DNA of 62,887 bases, taken from assembly GCF_000002075.1 (NCBI RefSeq), contig NW_004797283.1, forward strand, positions 647,929 through 710,815, read 5' to 3'. The notes below the pieces were generated by a model, which ran no database searches, had not been told where the DNA came from, and worked only from the letters and a program-made list of their open reading frames with translations. Positions 14,358 to 25,394 of this stretch are shown here, in pieces. Origin of the DNA: Aplysia californica (Eukaryota). Positions within the stretch are counted from its first letter, which is position 1. The number at the start of each line of letters is the position of its first letter. Both the position numbers and the translations under genes were made by a program.

Positions 14358-14870
14358 ACACACGAAGCTCGAACACCTAGCATACCTCTACGATTGGCTC
14401 AAATATAGACTATAATAGACGATGTATTTCCACCATCTATTTTTGTCATCTTCCGGGACTTCCCTCGCCAGTTGACTAGCTCTCACCGTGGTGGGCTCAC
14501 TTTGCCTCTTAGAGTGCGGTGGGCTACGTCACTAGGTTTCATTGCCGACTGCTTGGGCTGTGTGTGTGTGTGTGCATGCTTGTGTGTGTGTGTACTGTGT
14601 GAGCGTGTGTATTGTGTGAGCGTGTGTAGTGTGTGTGTGTGTACAACTTACAACTTATGAGAATTGCTGAGATTGTTTATAAGATAACACAAAAAGTAAT
14701 TTTAAAAAACACAAAAAAAAACAAAGAAACATGGCGAGATCTTGACAAGTTACAGCAAGAGTCTTGGGGGAAACCCCAGAAGACGACAAAAATGGATGGC
14801 GGAAATACGTCATCTATATAAATTTGGGCCAATCACAGAGGTGTGCTAGATGCTCGTTGCAGCTTCATGA
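14358..14870. mobile_element. MITE-like element with ~100-bp imperfect TIRs
   Basis: 14370-14465 is an imperfect reverse complement of 14766-14856 (CTAGCA.ACCTCT..GATTGG..CAAAT...GTATTTCC.CCATC.ATTTTTGTC.TCTTC.GGG). Confidence 0.65.
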
Positions 14871-14999
14871 AACTTAAACCCTACACCCCTCTTTCTATTT
14901 ATTAACTCTGTCTCATAGTGGGGTTGCTCGTTGTTATGAAAGTCCTCCCCCATGGTCAATTCGGCATGCGGCAATTCAGTGTATTGTTATTGAGACTTT

Positions 15000-15275
15000 A
15001 CTAGATTCTAGATCTAGATCTATAGTAATTTAGTATTGTCAAAGGAAACTATCCTCCAGTAGGCACTAGAATCTAGATCTCTAGATGTAGATCTAGATTC
15101 TAGATCTAGATATCTAGATCTAGAATCTATCTCTAGACTCCAGATCAACTGTCAACAGTACTCGGTCAGTTGAGTACAGTAGGCCTACAACTACAATACA
15201 ATCTAGATCTAGAATCTAGATCCTAGATCTCTAGTCAACTACAGTTATAAACAAACACACAAACCAGTAGATCTA
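15000..15275. repeat. Degenerate (TAGATC)n / TCTAGA repeat cluster
   Basis: Many overlapping TCTAGA/AGATCT hexamers; also present at 16950-16978 and 18122-18330. Confidence 0.8.
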
Positions 15276-15939
15276 CCGGTATGATGAGGCTCTTGTGTCA
15301 GTGAAACTTACCACCTGGACAATGTTCTCGAAAACAATATCGTTGTTAGCTATTTTTGTTGGAGCTACAAACATACAGTGGACTGCTTTCTCACTTTCGC
15401 AGTGTGTGGCACCAAGTACAGAGCTACATGAGTTAGGACCCCTGCGTCCAGCTTTCCACACGCTTCGCAGTTTGCAAACAGTGGGCGATTCTGTTTGTGG
15501 ATTCATAATGTTCGTGACCTCTTTTCTGAAGAGCTATCATTAACGGTGATAAACTTTGATAATAGTCGTTTTTATTTTTCATAGATCACCACAATACCAC
15601 ATTGTCACGAAATGTCCATCGTAGCACATACAGTGTGTCGTGTGTGTGGGATGGCTTTAAAGCTATGGGGATACAGTTGGGAAGAAGAATAAGGAAAAAT
15701 AAGAACAGGAAGAAAACTAGAAGAACTAGGAGGAGAAGACAGATTTAATTCTTAGACAACAGGTGTTTGAAATATGCTGTGTGGGCCTGAATGATTAATG
15801 TGCGAGTGCTGGAAGTCCTAAAAATAAAGACATGAATGTTTGTTTTGAAAGTTCTTTAGAACACCCACAAGCAAGAATACAAAAGTGCATCCGATGAGTT
15901 GAGACATGTACAATTCATGCACACTCAGAATGTTGCATC

Positions 15940-16135
15940 ATTTGTCCATTCACTTCTTCACCCTGGTATCGGGTATAGGCCACCAAGAATGGGCTCTCCA
16001 CCTCCTGCCAGTCTGGTCTCATATGCCGGAGATCTGCTTCTAGATCTCGCTCCCGGTTGGATCTTGGCCTTCCTCTCTTTCCCCGACCCTGGGGGTTCCA
16101 TCTTAGACTGTGTCTTGTCATATTGTGTGTTAGTT
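15940..16135 (-). mobile_element. RTE-type LINE 3' end fragment
   Basis: LRWNPQGRGKRGRPR...RDLEAD motif. Confidence 0.75.
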
Positions 16136-16665
16136 TTCTGTGTGTATGTCCAAATCATCGCAATAATCTCTTCTTGATCTCACGGCCCACTAAGCTGCTG
16201 TTTGGTTCGCCTTAAAAATACATTTTACAACAGAATGTTGTATACTGTAGTAATTTTTCGTCACAATGTATAATGGAAACCGGGCAAAAATGAACGAAAG
16301 AATGAATGAATGAATTGGCAGATTTTCCTGCATATTCCGCTCTGTTAGCGCCTGCAATTTTGGCAAGGGCAACAGCAACAACAACAAAAATAAAAAATGC
16401 TGAGAAGTAGTGAATAAACACAATGGTGGTCTTTAGTACTTTCATCGTCTCAAGTAGCCAAAGAACCACTTTAAAGAAATTATCTTCTTTTTCCTTTCCT
16501 TTTCTTTTTCTTTCCTCTCCCTTTTTGGGGGGGGAGGGGGGGGGGGAGGGACAATGAAAGATACAGAGGTTTTTACATCCATGATAGCTGATATCTGGCA
16601 ACAGATAATATTTCAGAGTAGACACCGCCTATGAAACCGAACATCTATTTTCGGTTTAACGTTCA

Positions 16666-16673
16666 ACTTCCGG
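16666..16673 (+). promoter_or_regulatory. ETS-type motif ACTTCCGG in the CIR1 copy A proximal promoter
   Basis: Part of a conserved block (CAACTTCCGGCTAGAATGAT) shared with copy B, about 130 bp upstream of the ATG. Confidence 0.5.
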
Positions 16674-17080
16674 CTAGAATGATAACAAAAACAAACGATT
16701 AAAATACGACTTGTTTACCTTTGGAACACATTACCGTATAATACTGTAGTGGATCAAGGACTGACTGTTGTGTTTTCTATGAGTCGCTCTTTGTAAAACT
16801 CAAGATGGGAAAAGGTTTTAATGATTATATGGCCAAAAAGTTTTTTCTTCCGTCAAATAAAGAAAACCAGAAACGTGTAAGTAAATTGAATGTTTGGACT
16901 TGGTTTTGATTGGGGAGAGAGGAAATCGACTCGAGAACTAGACTCAAGACTAGAATCTTGATCTAGATCTAGATCTATATATCGTTGCCCCATTCACAAC
17001 TGAAGTAGGCCTATCTGAATATTCAGACTTTTAAAAATCTCTTGCTCTAGAAATTGAATTCGATGCAAAAAAAAAAGAAC

Positions 17081-17524
17081 GTGGCTATTCTCACCCGCCC
17101 GGAAGTTCTCGCAAGATCAACTCCTCCCCTCTTCTCTCTCTCTCTGTCTCTTTCTGAATACTGTCTATCAGTCTGGACGATCAAATTGACCAAAACAAAG
17201 TTAAAAAATGATGTTAAAACACAAAAGTAAATTAATTTGGTTGTCTACAAAGATGCTACGGCTATTTAACTTTTCGAATCGAGCCGAACTACGCGGGTCG
17301 CCATTTTGTTTTGCCCGGAAATTCTCGCGCTACTCCTCTCTCTCTTTCTCTCTCTCTCTCCACTGCCCACAGACAAAATTGTACGCTTTTAGTAGGCTAC
17401 AGTTGTAATGGAACGTTTGTTCACGGCACAGAATTCTACAATTTTTCTGTTATCACAGTGTAGAATTCTGTGGTTTAGGGTGAACGCAAAATTTGGTGAA
17501 CGCGCACCGGGTGAGAATAGCTAC
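17081..17524. mobile_element. MITE-like element
   Basis: TIR GTGGCTATTCTCACCCG ... CGGGTGAGAATAGCTAC; internal direct repeat GCCCGGAA(G/A)TTCTCGC; a related mini-palindrome at ~17539-17562. Confidence 0.55.
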
Positions 17525-17609
17525 AAGACTCGCCTGCACTATTCTCACTCCGGGTGAGAATAGAGGTGGCCGCAAAAAAAATGACGCCTAAATTATTATT
17601 ATTATTTTT

Positions 17610-18275
17610 GGAAGAGGCTAGCCGTACTTAATGACGGCTAGACTGGCAGTCTAGCCGTACTTAAGTACGGCTAGACTCACAGTCTAGCCGTACTTAAGTA
17701 CGGCTAGACTTACAGTCTAGCCGTACTTATTCTTAATATGATGGCTAGACTGACCATTTACAAAAAATAGGCCTACTGAATTGTAAATATACATTTTTGG
17801 TGTGCAGTACCTAAAGTATTTGTATTTGAGACAAAACCAGGTTCCTTAATGACAGTGCATGTATTTTAAACCTCCTGTTTTTCTAATGTAAATAGGGCCT
17901 AAGATAAGTACGGCTAGACTGGCAGTCTAGCCGTACTTAAGTACGGGTAGACAGCCAGGCTAGCCGTACTTAAGGACAGCTAGACTGTCAGTCTAGCCGT
18001 ACTTATTATTGATGGCTGAATTGTAAATGAAAATTTTAGTTTGCAATGCCTAAAGTATTTGTATTTCAGACAAAACCAAAAGGTGCCTTACTGACTTGCA
18101 TGTATTTGAACCTGAATAATTACTAGATCTAGATCTAATGAGACCTGTGTACTTAACAGGATTGAGTCGATTGGGCCAAACCTAGATCTAAGTACGGCTA
18201 GACTGGCAGTCTAGCCGTACTTAAGTACGGCTAGACTCTCAGTCTAGCCGTACTTAAGTACGGCTAGCCACTTCG
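17610..18275. mobile_element. Foldback/MULE-like non-autonomous element built from 30-bp palindromes
   Basis: Ends GGAAGAGGCTAGCCGTACTTAA ... TTAAGTACGGCTAGCCACTTCG; 9-bp direct flanks ATTATTTTT (17601-17609, 18276-18284); internal arrays of AGTCTAGCCGTACTTAAGTACGGCTAGACT with 3-nt spacers. Confidence 0.75.
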
Positions 18276-18339
18276 ATTATTTTTTGGGGTAGATCTAGAT
18301 CTAGATCTAGGCTATTCTAGATCTAGATTAGGTCTAAGT

Positions 18340-18852
18340 GTTTTTACGGCGTTCGCAACTGCATAAGGTCATATGAGCGCGCGGGACACACCTAATATTT
18401 TCAGTTGGTAGGAAATTTTGAATTTTGCCCGGGTGGCAGCCGAAGCCTGCTCATATTGATTTTAGACCACCAAGGGATCTTTAACGTGCGCAACTTGCAC
18501 ACGGGCCCTCCGAGATTTTTCGCCCTTGTCAGAGAAGGCTAAGTGTCTAGATCTTTCCTACGAGAAGATCAGGGGTGTGGCAGAAAGACAGCATTAAGGA
18601 GGAGCCAAGGAGTAGCAGTAGAAAGGCTGCAGAAAGAGTCAGGAGCCCAGAGGAGGGGGCAAAGGAGGTGAGGGGGTGGGGGCAGAAAGTGGAAATAAAA
18701 CCAGACAACAGAACATTGCTAGAGAGCAGGAAAGGAGGTGAAAGGAGACAATTTTAGAGAAGAAAATTTATCGCTCGCTACCCAGATTCGAACCCGGGAC
18801 CTTTGAATGAGAGGACAACACCTTTAAAACCTCTAGGCCACGAGAGTCCCCA
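18340..18852 (-). mobile_element. tRNA-derived SINE with a Deu/Nin-like central domain
   Basis: On the minus strand: A box TGGCCTAGAGG, B box GGTTCGAATC, central CCCGTGTGC...GCACGTTAAAGATCCC, and 3' tail GCGCTCATATGACCTTATGCAGTTGCGA..CCGTAAAA. Confidence 0.8.
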
Positions 18853-19653
18853 AAAATTTAAAAGTTAAGTAAGTAGGGAGACTGAGTGTGAAAGTAGTGT
18901 AAGTGATGATAGAAGGTGAAGTGAGGTTGTGAAGTCAAGAAGAGTGAGCTGCCGTTATTTGGCACTTTCTGAACTAAGTCTATAGATACTAAAAGACTCT
19001 TTTAAATTAATAAGTAGGCTCCTAATAAGTAAGCCAAGCATCATAGTCATAGAGGCTATAATATCATTTTGTGCATCAATTTGGAGACTTGGCTTGTATT
19101 TGGTAGAGTAGATGTATTCTAGTTGTGTTCGTACATTCGCTTAAAATTTTACGAAGTGACTATATTTCTCTGAATGGTTTCCGATCTCGAGATTTTTTGG
19201 TTATTTGCGAGATTTAGGCGTCATCTTTCATTCTGCCATTCTGCGAGGACTGGGAAGAAGCATTTTTTTTGCATCGAATTCAATTTCTAGAGCAAGAGAT
19301 TTTTAAAAGTCTGAATATTCAGATAGGCCTACTTCAGTTGTGAATGGGGCAACGTTCCCGGACTCTGCTTCATTTGAAAAAATACCTTCAAAAGGTATTG
19401 CAAGAAAACAAGACTGCTTGACCTTGGCAGTAACCTATTTTGCATTTAGTCACCCAGCAAAAACTAAAATCCTTCATTTTAACCCCCCCCCCCCCTCCCC
19501 CCCACTTCCATTCAGTCACCCAGCAAAAACTAAAATCCTTCATGCAACCCCCCCCCAACTTCCATTCACACCTTTCAACCAAAAACACACGGGCCCCACC
19601 CGACAAACAATAACAATCACACAAATACACAAGTTCTTCGGTGGGGGGCGAGA

Positions 19654-20125
19654 AAAGGTGTTGGCCTCTCATTCAAAGGTCCCGGGTTCGATTCCGGGTA
19701 GCGACCAAAAAATTTTCTTCTCTAAAATTGTCTCCTTTCACATCCTTTCCTGATCTCTAACAATGTTCTGTTGTCTGCTTTCATTTCCACTTTCTGCCCC
19801 CACCCCCTCACCTCCTTTGCCCCCTCCTCTGGGCTCCTGACTCTTTCTGCAGCCTTTCTACTGCTACTCCTTGGCTCCTCCTAACTGCTCTCTTTCTGCC
19901 ACACCCCTGATCTTCTGGTAGGAAAGATCTACACCTAGCCTTCTCGGACAAGGGCGAAAAATCTCGGAGGGCCCGTGTGCAAGTTGCGCACGTTAAAGAT
20001 CCCTTGGTGGTCTAAAATCGATAAGAGTAGGCTTCGGCCGCCACCCGGGCAAAATTCAAAATTTCCTACCAACGAAAAAGTATTAGGTGTGTCCCGTGCG
20101 CTCATATGACCTTATGCAGTTGCGA
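19654..20125 (+). mobile_element. Second copy of the same SINE (inverted relative to 18340-18852), cut by a gap
   Basis: Near-identical reverse complement of the first copy; B box GGTTCGATTCC. Confidence 0.85.
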
Positions 20126-20653
20126 NNNNNNNNNNNNNNNNNNNNNNNNNNNNNNNNNNNNNNNNNNNNNNNNNNNNNNNNNNNNNNNNNNNNNNNNNNN
20201 NNNNNNNNNNNNNNNNNNNNNNNNNNNNNNNNNNNNNNNNNNNNNNNNNNNNNNNNNNNNNNNNNNNNNNNNNNNNNNNNNNNTATAATTATCAACAAAT
20301 CTCGAGAACGGAAACCGTTAGGAGAAATAGAGTTCAACTTTATTTTCCCGAACGTTCGAAGACATAAAGATGGCCAAATTTTTATTTTTATTAGATGTTG
20401 GTAGATTTAGGTCTCTAAAATGACTTTAGTTTTTTAGGCAATGGTCTAAATTTAATCTCAATGCTGTTTTGTTTTTCTTTATCTTTCATTTAGAAATGGA
20501 TTGCAGAACAGAAAACAACATTTGAAAAGAAACAGCTAGAGGACTTGCTAGCGCAGTATAAAAAAGAACAGGATGTCCTGAGCAACAGGTATGCTTTACT
20601 GTCATGGCTAGAACTTAGTAGAGTGGAAAGATTCTCTGCTTTTGAGATGCATA

Positions 20654-20835
20654 CAGTTGAACCCTCTCTAACAGTCACTTATAAGAGACAATCACCTAAA
20701 TGGCCACTTCCCATTTCCTCCCTTTCATGTATTTTGTACACTATAATGACACTGTGTAAGATGGCCACCTGTCTAATACAGCCACTTTTCTTCTCAACAT
20801 CAGGTGGCTGTCTTAGAGTAGACAATTTTGACTAT
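20654..20835. mobile_element. Small (~180 bp) pogo-like MITE
   Basis: TA|CAGTTGAACCCTCTCTAA...; GGCCAC repeats; homologous to 45590-45762. Confidence 0.6.
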
Positions 20836-21129
20836 TTAATACATGTAGTATTATGAATGCAAAAACATGTTGCTTACTCATTGACTTGTTTTCTGGCACT
20901 AGCCATCTAGTTTTGCTCAAGGGAGTTGAAACTTGTCTCTTTTGATAAGGAGCATTGATACTCAAAATAGCTAGTCTGGTTTTTTTGCTTTTTCTGAAAT
21001 CGAGCAAGGCATATTTTTAAAAAGCCTGTAATTTTGTGTAGTCATCAGCCAGTCACGGTTCGATTGGTAGATAGTCTTTCGTTGCCGAAGGGGACGATGA
21101 AATCCTGCCTCCCATCAGTTTGATATATA

Positions 21130-21952
21130 CAGTGGAACTCGGATTCAATGAGGTCGCTGGGCCTGACCTAAAACATTGTTGAATCCGAGTGTTCGTTATA
21201 GTAAACAAGAGGTTTTGTGTAGATTATTACAGGCACTGAGCATATAATGTGTAAAGAAAAGTAACAAGTAGTGCCTGAAATGCCTGCATATATTATGAGC
21301 TGTGTAAAAAAAGACCAATTCGTTCAAATGCAGGCCTATGTCATCTCGATTGTTTGCCAAAAAGTTGTGTTGCTGTGCAGAGCCTAGCACACGGCAACTT
21401 TTGATACCATAGACCAACGCTCAATTCATTATGTAGATCTATGCCAATACTAGCTTATATAATAATGATCAGTTGTTGAGGGGGAAAAAAGACTGTGTGA
21501 TGCGTTTGTATCTGCGACACTCAATGCCCGGACCGCTGGTGCCCCCCCCCCCCCCCGACACAGTCACACGTGTGCAGGCCACCCATCCGACCCCGACACA
21601 CGCCAGAGTATTCACGTGCGTGTGTCAACAATGCATGTGTTGGTACGAAAAAAGGCCGCTGATCGGTCGCATTCAATCGGCTAAGTGAACAATAGGTCAC
21701 GATGCAGGTGCAATGGATGGTTTTCGGGAATAGGTAAAGTTCATTCTGGGAGAAAAATAAGGGAAGCCACATCTGTGGGGGCTGTTACCCCTGGAAGCGA
21801 CCTCGTTGAATCCGAGCTTGCTGATTTAAGAGCTCGTTGAATCCGGGTTACTTTTATTGATTTTAAAGAAAGAATAAAAAGGGGGAATCTATCTCCTCTC
21901 ATTGAATTCGAGTTCTCATTGAATCCGAGCTTGTTGAATCTGAGTTCCTCTG
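21130..21952. mobile_element. pogo/Tigger-type MITE (~820 bp)
   Basis: TA|CAGTGGAACTCGGATTCAA ... TTGAATCTGAGTTCCTCTG|TA; repeated TTGAATCCGAG subterminal motifs. Confidence 0.88.
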
Positions 21953-23269
21953 TACAATGTTTGTTGCAGTGGGGACAATGGAATGTCGTGGTTGGGGTGG
22001 TCGATTGTCTCCTCTCTCTTCTGATAGTTACCTTCTCTCTGTAAGTAGTAAGATGGTGATGAGCTGTGGAACATAGGCCTACCTGTGCGTGACTTTGTTT
22101 AAAGTCGAGCTTTCGTTGCACTCTCTCGACCTAGGAAGCCTATACCCAGTGGCACGGAGACCGTTACGCCTGGAGACTGCCAGGCTGCAGTGGATGGCCA
22201 GAACTTCTTTGGGGCCTTGTCCTTGCACTTATGCGCTCCACAGCACTTGCTGGTATTGCCTTCAAGACAGTTAGATTTTCTGTTGATCTCATCCACTTCA
22301 TCGGCCTTGAAACCAATCTTCACATGCTAGGGTAGGCAAACCCTTAAGAAAAATTACCGAGGGTCTAGGACCCGTTGGCTACCCTCACAAGGTCTGGCAT
22401 GCCAATTGAAGCAGTTGCCCGTGGTATGGCCGCTGTCGTTTTGCTAACAGCTACGGGGAGCCACAAGTGAGAGTTGCATGCCCAGTGGGAACCAAAGCCT
22501 GAGAGCCACCCGGGGGGGGGGACTGCCCCCCCCCCCCCCCCCCCGTCAGAGGGTACTATCCCTCCTAGTACACGCCATATACCATTTACTGTTCTATTAA
22601 TTGTATCTAAAAACAATATGGTGGTTTGAAATTCAGTGGAGGACTATGTTTATTTTAACAATATTTTCTTTTGCTGTTTTACAGAGCCCTCCTTGGAGAT
22701 GAAAAGGCCAAGCTTCGACTGAGCATCTTGTATGATGCACCACCCGGTCTGAAGAAAAACGAGGTAAAATAAAAAGATAGGTTTGGTTACTTCTGTGTAG
22801 GGTTTACACTCAACCAGGAAAATGGCAGCAAGCCAGGAATTTAATTTTTATCTTTCATGTTTGGAAAAACACCATAAAAATGAATGCAAACGGGGGGAAA
22901 AAAATGATTTGAGGCACCAGACTGGGAGACTGAAAATAATCAAGGAAAATTTTCTCATGACTGAAGCCTTTTTNNNNNNNNNNNNNNNNNNNNNNNNNNN
23001 NNNNNNNNNNNNNNNNNNNNNNNNNNNNNNNNNNNNNNNNNNNNNNNNNNNNNNNNNNNNNNNNNNNNNNNNNNNNNNNNNNNNNNNNNNNNNNNNNNNN
23101 NNNNNNNNNNNNNNNNNNNNNNNNNNNNNNNNNNNNNNNNGCAAGCAATTCCCTTCACGATGGGGAGTACTATTCTCAATGAAGACAGCCACAGCCAATG
23201 GGGAAGCTCTATATACTCTTGCTCGAAAATTTCTTCATGGAGTCCTCGGGCCCATTAAAGAAATTTTTA

Positions 23270-23274
<5 letters not shown>

Positions 23275-23353
<79 letters not shown>

Positions 23354-23485
23354 GTCACCTCCTGCGTCTTTCACCCTGGCATTGGGTATAGGCTGCCAAG
23401 AAGGGCTGTCCACCTGTCTCTGTTCTGGGCGATCTTCTCTACCTTCAGCCAGCTGTGCCCCATATGCCCGAGATCTGCCTGCAGT
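23275..23485 (-). mobile_element. RTE-type LINE 3' end with an expanded (ATG)n tail
   Basis: Shares CACCCTGG.AT.GGGTATAGGC..CCAAGAA.GG with 15960-15995; long (CAT)n run at 23275-23352. Confidence 0.7.
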
Positions 23486-25394
23486 TGATTGGTCAGTATA
23501 ATTTAGTAAGCCAATGACTTGTCAATCAATTGCTTGCATCACAAAATTGTTTAGCGATAGATCTTGCCTGTACACTTCATTTGCGCATGGGTAGTCTTAG
23601 TTTTGGCTTGGTAAGAGTTTTACGGCACTCACAACTGCATATAAGATTATATGGGGAGTCTATGGTTGTGTGAAGACACACATCTGGTATTGTTGCTCCC
23701 TGTTCTTTCTCAACATTCGCTATTCAATTATTCACTTTTGATAGAGCTATTCATCCAGTGGTTCTCCGCTCAGTGTGCATCTGCCTGTTCAAAGACTGTG
23801 GTTGCAGCTTGTGCAGCATGGGAGGGGATGAAACACTGTTCTAAGATTACAAAGAAAGAGGTGACAATGACATGAGTGGAGGGAAGAGGGGGAATAATAA
23901 ACAGGAGCAAGCATGAGTGTATTTTAAGCTAGCATGGCTTACGGTACTCATTATCTCTCATTTCATTTCATAGCAAGCTATGATTCAATGGCGTCACACC
24001 AACATTCGTAATGCTTCAAATTTTGAATCGGGTTTGGAGAGCTAATTGTGCCAGTGTACACAAAACCATCTTGGCTTCAAAGCCATGGTCTCTTCAGCTA
24101 TTCATGGTGTGACTAGTAAATTTTGACTAGTGATGAATACTTCTTACAGGCTTATTTTATAACTCTTGTTGGCTCCATTTATCACTCTGTCTCATAATTA
24201 TCAATGACAAATGTATTACTTTATTTACCTCGACGATTTTAGGTATTCATAATTTGCTCTAATTTTACCATAGGCTGAAAATACTGATGTCAAAATCCAT
24301 TATCTAAAAAATCACAAGGCACTCGAGTGGCTCTGCCAAGTTTCCATTAGCTGTAATTTGCGCAAAAATCATGACTATTGACTAGCAGAATGAATGGGCA
24401 CCGCTCTACTACACAGCAGCTTGCAGGTATTGTACAGTAAAGGATGAAGGATAAGTGAAGTTGTAGTAGAGAATGAATCATGGTGGAGCAAAAGAAGTGG
24501 AAAGACTTTTCAATCTGGGTAAAAAAACTGCTATTTCAGCAGAGATGGATAAAAGAATCAACGGAAAAAAAATCAAAGTCTGCAAAATTGTGTTTGTGAA
24601 AGTGCGACTGTGAACTCAACTCGCATCATGTATGTTGGCGCGGCATAGGGGACATGAGTCATGTAAAATATAGACCCGATTGTCCAACTTCGTTGACCTC
24701 CCTTGATATACTGCGAAATTCGTATAGTGAAATATATTATACATACACTGATTTTGTTAGGTGCGTGCCAGATTTAAAATTTCTTTTTTTTTTTTTTTAA
24801 ATTGTTTATTACACTACATTATTTTATTCAAAGTCAGAAAGGAAAGGTAAAAAGTGATGGAATGTTATCTTACCCCATAGACAACATGTATGTACTCGAC
24901 AAATGATGCTGTTGATTGGTTTTGTAAGTAATTTTCATTATCCACTGAGTGTAATCTATTCCTAAAATACATGTCTGTGGTTCTTGGGCTGCATGCCATT
25001 TTAGCCTGACATAATGAACAAAACAATTTGCAGCTTTGAAATTGTTTCTTTTTGGCAGGAAAGGAATGTTCTCAATCAGACATTTGTACAAATTATTATC
25101 AATCTACAGTAGTAAAGCCAAGGATTTATTTATATCACATGTGTGCTTGACCTGATATTTGAGACTCATAGATTTGTTTCCCCTAAATTGTGTGCAGTGG
25201 TTCTGGGTTGAAAATGTTTGGGGCATTTCTATACATTTCATTTTAGAATGACATTAAGATTAACATCTTGTCAGTATATGTTAGTATTTAAGCGCCTATA
25301 AATAGCTGCTTGCGCTGTGTTTTTCCCAGGAAGTTGAAGTTGTTTCAGAATGCTCTCAGGTCTGCTGGGGTAATAGTATAGATTGTGAAGCCAT

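Larger units (their letters stand above)
16983..19354. repeat. Perfect 92-bp inverted repeat pair (16983-17074 and 19263-19354) in CIR1 copy A intron 1
   Basis: CGTTGCCCCATTCACAACTG...GAATTCGATGCAAAAAAAA recurs as an exact reverse complement about 2.2 kb away. Confidence 0.9.

Noticed and set aside
15273-15506. ORF with faint resemblance to a secernin N-terminus (CMFVAPTKIANNDIVF); SCRN3 is head-to-head with CIR1 in human
   Set aside because: It lacks the conserved CDT and GKNSDR motifs and no further exons were found; the resemblance is probably chance.
17617-18270. CRISPR-like array (palindromic ~30-bp repeats)
   Set aside because: Spacers are only 3 nt, there are no cas genes, and the context is a eukaryotic intron. 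TIRs and a TSD point to a transposon.
23924-24777. Kolobok-like element with TTAA ends
   Set aside because: The terminal match is only about 10 bp with mismatches, too weak to call.
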